A stretch of DNA of 64,000 nucleotides from Candidatus Tanganyikabacteria bacterium (GTDB lineage Bacteria; Cyanobacteriota; Sericytochromatia; S15B-MN24; VGJW01): assembly GCA_016867265.1 (NCBI GenBank), contig VGJW01000015.1:1056-65055 (forward strand), read 5' to 3'. This document shows, in pieces, positions 56,830-64,000 of the stretch. Both the position numbers and the translations under genes were made by a program. The notes beneath the pieces were generated by a model. The model was not told the origin of the DNA. It searched no databases and saw only the letters and a program-made list of their open reading frames with translations. Each line of letters begins with the position of its first letter. Positions within the stretch are counted from its first letter, which is position 1.

Positions 56830-57627
56830 ATGGCCGTAAGCCCGGCTCCTGAGCTTTGGTCGCGGTTCATCCGGACGGGTGACAGCAAGGATCGGGAGCA
56901 GCTCATCATCCACTACATGCCGCTTGTCCGGTATGTGGTAGGGCGCCTTGCCCTGACGTTGCCGGCGACGTTGGATCCCGAGGATCTCTGCGGCTACGGG
57001 CTCATCGGCCTGATTCAGGCGGTCGAGAAGTTCCAGCTCGACCGCGGCGTCAAGTTCGAGACCTATGCGGCGACCCGTATCCGTGGCGCCATCCTCGACG
57101 AGCTGCGCAGTCAGGATTGGGTCCCGCGTTCGGTCCGCAGCCGGGGGCGGGAGATATCCGAAGCGATGGTCCAGCTGGAGGGCAGCCTGGGTCGACCCGC
57201 CACCGACGAGGAGCTGGCGAACAGGCTCGGCATGACCGTGACCGAGCTGGGCCACGCGATGGCGCGCGAAACCAGCCCATTCCTGTCCCTCGACGAGATG
57301 ATCCAGGGCAGCGAAGACGGCCAGACCATGACTTGGCTCGACACCATGGCCGACGACCGCCCCGGACCGGCCCATGTCCTCGAGGAAGATGAATTCCGGC
57401 AGGAGCTTGCGGATGCCATCGACCGCCTCCCTGAGCGCGAGCGGCAGACGCTTGCGCTCTACTACAAGGAAGGGCTGACCCTGAAGGAGATCGGGCAGGT
57501 CCTTGGCGTCACCGAGTCCCGGGTTTGCCAGATCCACACCCAGGCCGCGATGCGCCTTCGTGGGCATATCAACCGCTACCTGGGCATCTCGACCGATGGC
57601 GCGGCCCCCCGCAGGAGCCGCAAGTGA
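56830..57627 (+). CDS. fliA: flagellar sigma factor FliA/SigD (sigma-28)
   Basis: Regions 2, 3 and 4 of the sigma-70 family with FliA-type spacing (...LIGLIQAVEKFQLDRGVKFETYAATRIRGAILDELR...LKEIGQVLGVTESRVCQIH...). GAGGTG lies 5 nt upstream. Confidence 0.85.
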   Translation: MAVSPAPELWSRFIRTGDSKDREQLIIHYMPLVRYVVGRLALTLPATLDPEDLCGYGLIGLIQAVEKFQLDRGVKFETYAATRIRGAILDELRSQDWVPRSVRSRGREISEAMVQLEGSLGRPATDEELANRLGMTVTELGHAMARETSPFLSLDEMIQGSEDGQTMTWLDTMADDRPGPAHVLEEDEFRQELADAIDRLPERERQTLALYYKEGLTLKEIGQVLGVTESRVCQIHTQAAMRLRGHINRYLGISTDGAAPRRSRK

Positions 57628-58106
57628 ACGCCACGGGCAACACGAACCGGCCACGGTCCGTCGATGGCAAGCTGCAACTCGTCACATTCAAGCTGGGTGA
57701 AGAGGTCTATGGCCTGCCCATCGGCCATGTGCGCGAAATCATCACCTCGCGCAAGCCGACACGCCTGCCGGGATCCGCGCCTCATGTGTCCGGACTCATC
57801 AATCTCCGCGGCGAGGTGATCCCCGTCTTCCAATTGCGGGTCTGGTTCGGCCTCAAGGACGAGGCCCCCGCGGCATCGGCCACCATCATCACCGAATGGA
57901 AAGACGAGCGTTTCGGCTTCCAAGTCGATTCCGTGCAACAGGTCGCTTGGCTCGACCGGAGCCAGATCGACCCGCCCACCGCGCAATTCCAGCAGCATGC
58001 CCCCCATATCTCGGGATTGGGGAAGCACGAGGGACGCCTGATCATCTTGCTGGATCTCGATGCACTCTTCCGGGACAGCGATGAGGATGCCCACGGCCGT
58101 GCCTGA
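57624..58106 (+). CDS. cheW: chemotaxis coupling protein CheW
   Basis: LQLVTFKLGEEVYGLPIGHVREII...GLINLRGEVIPVFQLR is the CheW domain. The GTG start overlaps the fliA stop (GTGA). Confidence 0.85.
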   Translation: MNATGNTNRPRSVDGKLQLVTFKLGEEVYGLPIGHVREIITSRKPTRLPGSAPHVSGLINLRGEVIPVFQLRVWFGLKDEAPAASATIITEWKDERFGFQVDSVQQVAWLDRSQIDPPTAQFQQHAPHISGLGKHEGRLIILLDLDALFRDSDEDAHGRA

Positions 58107-59361
58107 CGCCTGGGTGCGTCTTGGCCATGTCGAGATCCCTGTGCCGCCCCCCGAGGCGTTGGCGCAGGGCCTTGAAGCGTTGCTGCCGGTCTCCGAGGCG
58201 GGTGCAACATGCCTGCACGCTGCCGTGATCGGAGTCGCGGGCGGTCGCTGGCAAGTCGAGACCTTCGAGGCCGGGCCCGACCTGACATTGCCGCCCCTGC
58301 CCCGGAACGGCGGGCCTGCCGCAGCAGGGCAGGCCTGGACCGTGACGTTCCTCGCCCCGACGGGATTGGGCCTTGCGACCGGCGGCTTCGCCGGAGATGC
58401 CAATCCGGCCGTCAGCCTGCTTGCCGCCACGGCCGATCGCTGCGTCACCCATCCCAATGCGATCAATGCCGCTGCGCTCAACTGGGCGCGACCGGGTGTG
58501 GCCTACGTCGAGGGTGGCTTGCTGGACGGATGGCTGGCCGGACGGTGGGACCTCCTGCCGCAACGCGCCCATACGCTGGGCCTCCTGATCGATGGAGGCC
58601 TTCCCCGCCGGGCGCAGGATGCCCTCGATAACGCGATCGCGGCCTTTCGCACGGTGGGGGGCGGGCGGGTGATCCGCGAGGAGATGGCCGTTCCCCTGCG
58701 CATGACGCTCACACGGGACGGACGCGGACGCAGCGCAGGCACCATTGCCGACGCCTCGGCCCTGCTCGAGGCCGGCCACCGTTTGATGGCCCGGGGCGCG
58801 ACGGCCATGGCCATCGTCAGCGACATGACGCACCTGGCCTTGCATGACGAAGCCTATGCCTCGGGACAGGGGCCCGATCCCATCGGCGGACTCGAAGCCA
58901 TGCTCTCCCGCGTCCTCGGACGGGCGCTCGGAATGCCGGTGGCCCATGCCCCTTGGCTGCCGGTGTCCTGCGACCCGGTCGATCCACGCGGAGCCGCCGA
59001 GGAACTGGGGCTGGACTACCTGCTGTGCGTGCTTCGGGGCCTGCAGCGCGCGCCCGTGCCCGTGGCGCCCGGCACCCGGGGCGCCTGGCCGGCCGAGGGG
59101 ATTGTCGTCGTGCCGAGGACCGCGGCAGGAGGCAGCGGCACGCTTGCCGCCGCGGGACGCGGGCTGGCCCTGGTCGCCGTGGACAATCCGGGCGTCCTCG
59201 ACATCACGCCGGCCGCGCTCGGCATCGAGGCGTGGCACGCGCGCTCGTGGGCCGAGGCTGCAGGCCTGAGCCTCGCCCTGCGCGAGGGCCTCGCTCCCGA
59301 GACCCTGGAACGTCCCCTTGCACGAAACCTTGCGCGACCTGCCGGGGTCATGATCGGGTGA
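58081..59361 (+). CDS. conserved hypothetical protein (about 426 aa) coupled to the downstream ECF sigma factor
   Basis: A long ORF with conserved-looking GGFAGDANP...THPNAINAAALNW motifs. The start is ambiguous (58060, 58081 or 58087) and overlaps the cheW 3' end. Confidence 0.5.
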   Translation: MRMPTAVPDAWVRLGHVEIPVPPPEALAQGLEALLPVSEAGATCLHAAVIGVAGGRWQVETFEAGPDLTLPPLPRNGGPAAAGQAWTVTFLAPTGLGLATGGFAGDANPAVSLLAATADRCVTHPNAINAAALNWARPGVAYVEGGLLDGWLAGRWDLLPQRAHTLGLLIDGGLPRRAQDALDNAIAAFRTVGGGRVIREEMAVPLRMTLTRDGRGRSAGTIADASALLEAGHRLMARGATAMAIVSDMTHLALHDEAYASGQGPDPIGGLEAMLSRVLGRALGMPVAHAPWLPVSCDPVDPRGAAEELGLDYLLCVLRGLQRAPVPVAPGTRGAWPAEGIVVVPRTAAGGSGTLAAAGRGLALVAVDNPGVLDITPAALGIEAWHARSWAEAAGLSLALREGLAPETLERPLARNLARPAGVMIG

Positions 59362-59941
59362 ACCTCACGCAACAGGCCCGACCGGGTGCCGGCCCCAGCC
59401 GGACAGCCCTCGTTCGGGCGGCACAGCGCGGGGATGAGCGGGCGTTCCGCGCGCTTGTCGCCGATATCCAGCAACGACTGTGGCAAGTTGCGCGCCGTCT
59501 GGCCGGGGACGACGACAGGGCAGCCGACCTCGTGCAGGAGAGCCTGATGCGTGCCTTCCGGGCCCTGCCTCGGCTCCGGGACCCCGAACGCTTCATGTCG
59601 TGGCTGTTGCGCATCCTGAATCACGTTGCGACCGATACGCTCGGGGCGCGCCAGCCGGAATCCCTCGAGGACCTCGCCGAAGCCGGCATCGAGCCCATGG
59701 CCTCGGAGCTCGAGGGACCCGAGGCGCGGGCCGAAGCCGCAGGCACCGCCGAAGCGATCGATCGCGCACTGGCCGCCATGCCGATGATCTATCGCCAGCC
59801 CTTGGTCCTGCGGCACGTCCTCGACCTGACTTACGACGATCTGGCGCAGATCCTCGACCTGCCGCTGGGCACGGTCAAGACCCGCCTGTTCCGGGGCCGG
59901 GAGATGCTGCGCGAACACCTGCTGCGGGAGGGGATCCGGCC

Positions 59942-59945
<4 letters not shown>
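59358..59945 (+). CDS. ECF (sigma-70 family group 4) sigma factor
   Basis: Region 2 (DLVQESLMRAFRALPRL) and region 4 HTH (LTYDDLAQILDLPLGTVKTRLFRGREML). GTGA-coupled to the upstream gene. Confidence 0.8.
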
Positions 59946-62494
<2,549 letters not shown>

Positions 62495-62630
62495 TCAAGG
62501 CGTACACAAGGCGTTAACTGTTTTTGAAATGACCGTCAAGATTCCACAGGGACGCCCCCACCGGACCTTAACCGCGGTATGAACTTCTTGGTGGAGGCTT
62601 CACCCCACGTTTTCGGAGGCTCTGGTCCAG

Positions 62631-63869
62631 ATGTTCCGTCGTTCCCTTCTCGCGCTTGCCGCCGTGCTCGTTGCCGGCTGCGGTGGCCAGCCCGGCGCGA
62701 GCATCGCCCCGCTCGGCCGGTCCACCATGTCGACGGCGGACGTGGTGCAGGCCAAGGCCGTGCAATCGATCCTGCAGCCAGCCATGGGTCAGCCCGTCAC
62801 GTGGAACAACAGCCTGTCGGTGCATCCCGACCGCGAGGCGTTCCCCGTCCTGATCGACCTGCTGCGCGGCGCCCGCAAGACCCTGTGGATGGAAACCTTC
62901 GAGTTTGCCGACAACGACAAGGCCCGCCAACTCACCGACCTGCTGATCGCCAAGAAGAAGGAAGGTGTCGACGTCCGCGTGATCATGGACAACATCGGCG
63001 CCAAGTCGATCGGGACCGCCACGGCCAAGGTCCTGCGCAACAACGGCGTGCCGACCATCGTGTACGGCCCGTTCCCGTTCGTCCGCAAGACCGGCCACGG
63101 CCTCAACATCACGCACCGCAAGCTGTACCTCGTCGATGGCGACCAGGGCATGACCGGCGGCATGAACCTGGGTGACGAGTACTTCGATCACGCCCACGAC
63201 ATGCTCTGGAAGGTCCGGGGCCAGGCCGCTCACCAGCTCCACCAGGAGTTCAGCACGGACTGGGCCTTGGGCAAGGGTGGCCGGCTCGAGGTGCCCGCCG
63301 CGCCAACCGGCGCCTACGGCAACGAGCCCATCGGCATGTGCGTCACGAGCCCGCGCCAGACGGGTCGCGAGGAAGAGATCCGCGGCGTCCTGCTTCGGGC
63401 CCTCGACAGCGCCAAGAGCCGCATCGACATGGCCTATCCGTTCTTCTCGGACGACCGGGTCGTCGACCGCCTGATCAAGGCCGCCAAGCGCGGCGTCGAC
63501 GTCCGGGTCATCCTGACGAAGGAATCCCACTCGGCCATCGAGAAGTTGGCCATCTGGTCCGCGAAGCAGGCGATGCCCAAGGGTGTGAAGTTCCACTGGT
63601 GGAACACCGGCTATGCCCACATCAAGTACACGGCGGTGGATGGGGCCTTCCTGCTGGTCGGTTCGTCGAACGCCGACACGCTGACCTTCGAGAACAACCA
63701 GGAGCTCGACTTGATTCTGACGAACCCGCAGACGGTAGCCGACTTCCGGGGCAAGGTCTGCGACCCGGACTGGGCGTCGACGCCGGCCGTCACCGAGGCC
63801 GAGATCAACGTGCCTTGGACGCAGAAGCCCTGGATCGCCCTTCTCGAGCTCATCGATCGCTACATCTGA
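62631..63869 (+). CDS. secreted phospholipase D-family lipoprotein (two HKD motifs)
   Basis: Lipobox LVAGCGG. HRKLYLVDGDQGMTGGMN and HIKYTAVDGAFLLVGSSN are the HKD motifs. Confidence 0.8.
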   Translation: MFRRSLLALAAVLVAGCGGQPGASIAPLGRSTMSTADVVQAKAVQSILQPAMGQPVTWNNSLSVHPDREAFPVLIDLLRGARKTLWMETFEFADNDKARQLTDLLIAKKKEGVDVRVIMDNIGAKSIGTATAKVLRNNGVPTIVYGPFPFVRKTGHGLNITHRKLYLVDGDQGMTGGMNLGDEYFDHAHDMLWKVRGQAAHQLHQEFSTDWALGKGGRLEVPAAPTGAYGNEPIGMCVTSPRQTGREEEIRGVLLRALDSAKSRIDMAYPFFSDDRVVDRLIKAAKRGVDVRVILTKESHSAIEKLAIWSAKQAMPKGVKFHWWNTGYAHIKYTAVDGAFLLVGSSNADTLTFENNQELDLILTNPQTVADFRGKVCDPDWASTPAVTEAEINVPWTQKPWIALLELIDRYI

Positions 63870-63884
63870 AGCGACCTGGCGCGT

Positions 63885-63926
63885 GCGCCTCCCGAGGCCC
63901 CCAAGGGCCCCGGGAGGCGCTTTGTT
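63885..63926 (+). terminator. rho-independent terminator (10-bp perfect GC stem with inner GC-rich extension, then TTTGTT)
   Basis: gcgcctcccg...cgggaggcgc followed by tttgtt, 16 nt after the PLD stop. Confidence 0.7.
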
Positions 63927-64000
63927 CAGATTCTGTTAAAAGTTGTACGAAAGAATGGACCTTCATCTGGGCATAAACCATACTTGAGACCATCTTGAGG

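Overview
This window is a ~70% GC bacterial chromosomal segment with dense coding and frequent 4-nt (ATGA/GTGA) start/stop overlaps between adjacent genes. In this GC regime many ORF-track entries are antisense shadows of real genes.

Layout, left to right:
1. The 3' end of a class I fumarate hydratase, two hypothetical proteins, and a convergent SLT-type lytic transglycosylase with a 25-bp perfect hairpin between them.
2. A tightly coupled 5-gene minus-strand operon: SAM methyltransferase, FolB/FolX-family protein, FolM/PTR1-like pteridine reductase, cytoplasmic PLD-family protein, and CYTH triphosphate-tunnel protein. This is the most likely candidate for an undescribed system, possibly a pterin-modification pathway.
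3. rocD and an alpha/beta hydrolase; a lipoprotein carrying an 18-bp tandem repeat; a large Pro/Glu-rich lipoprotein; a leaderless HTH-TPR regulator; YceI, DUF5069 and DUF1001 proteins; a secreted PLD; an FMN reductase; and tRNA-Gln.
4. A nine-gene plus-strand array, all ATGA-coupled: rseP, hemL, a split MacAB-TolC-like tripartite ABC efflux system, panC and cmk.
5. A ~29-kb Bacillota (Firmicutes)-type fla/che operon (flgB through cheW, about 40 genes) behind a sigma-A-like promoter. It has no P/L-ring genes, and flhF/flhG/cheB are absent from the window. FlgE is 843 aa with four internal repeats, and motA has an anomalous start.
6. A DUF protein, an ECF sigma factor and a zinc-finger anti-sigma coupled to the end of the operon; convergent ligA; and a third secreted PLD ending in a clean intrinsic terminator.

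A Firmicutes-style flagellar operon together with lipoboxes and a TolC-like OMP in a ~70% GC genome suggests a high-GC diderm Bacillota-like lineage. That placement is inference only. No CRISPR array or IS element was seen.
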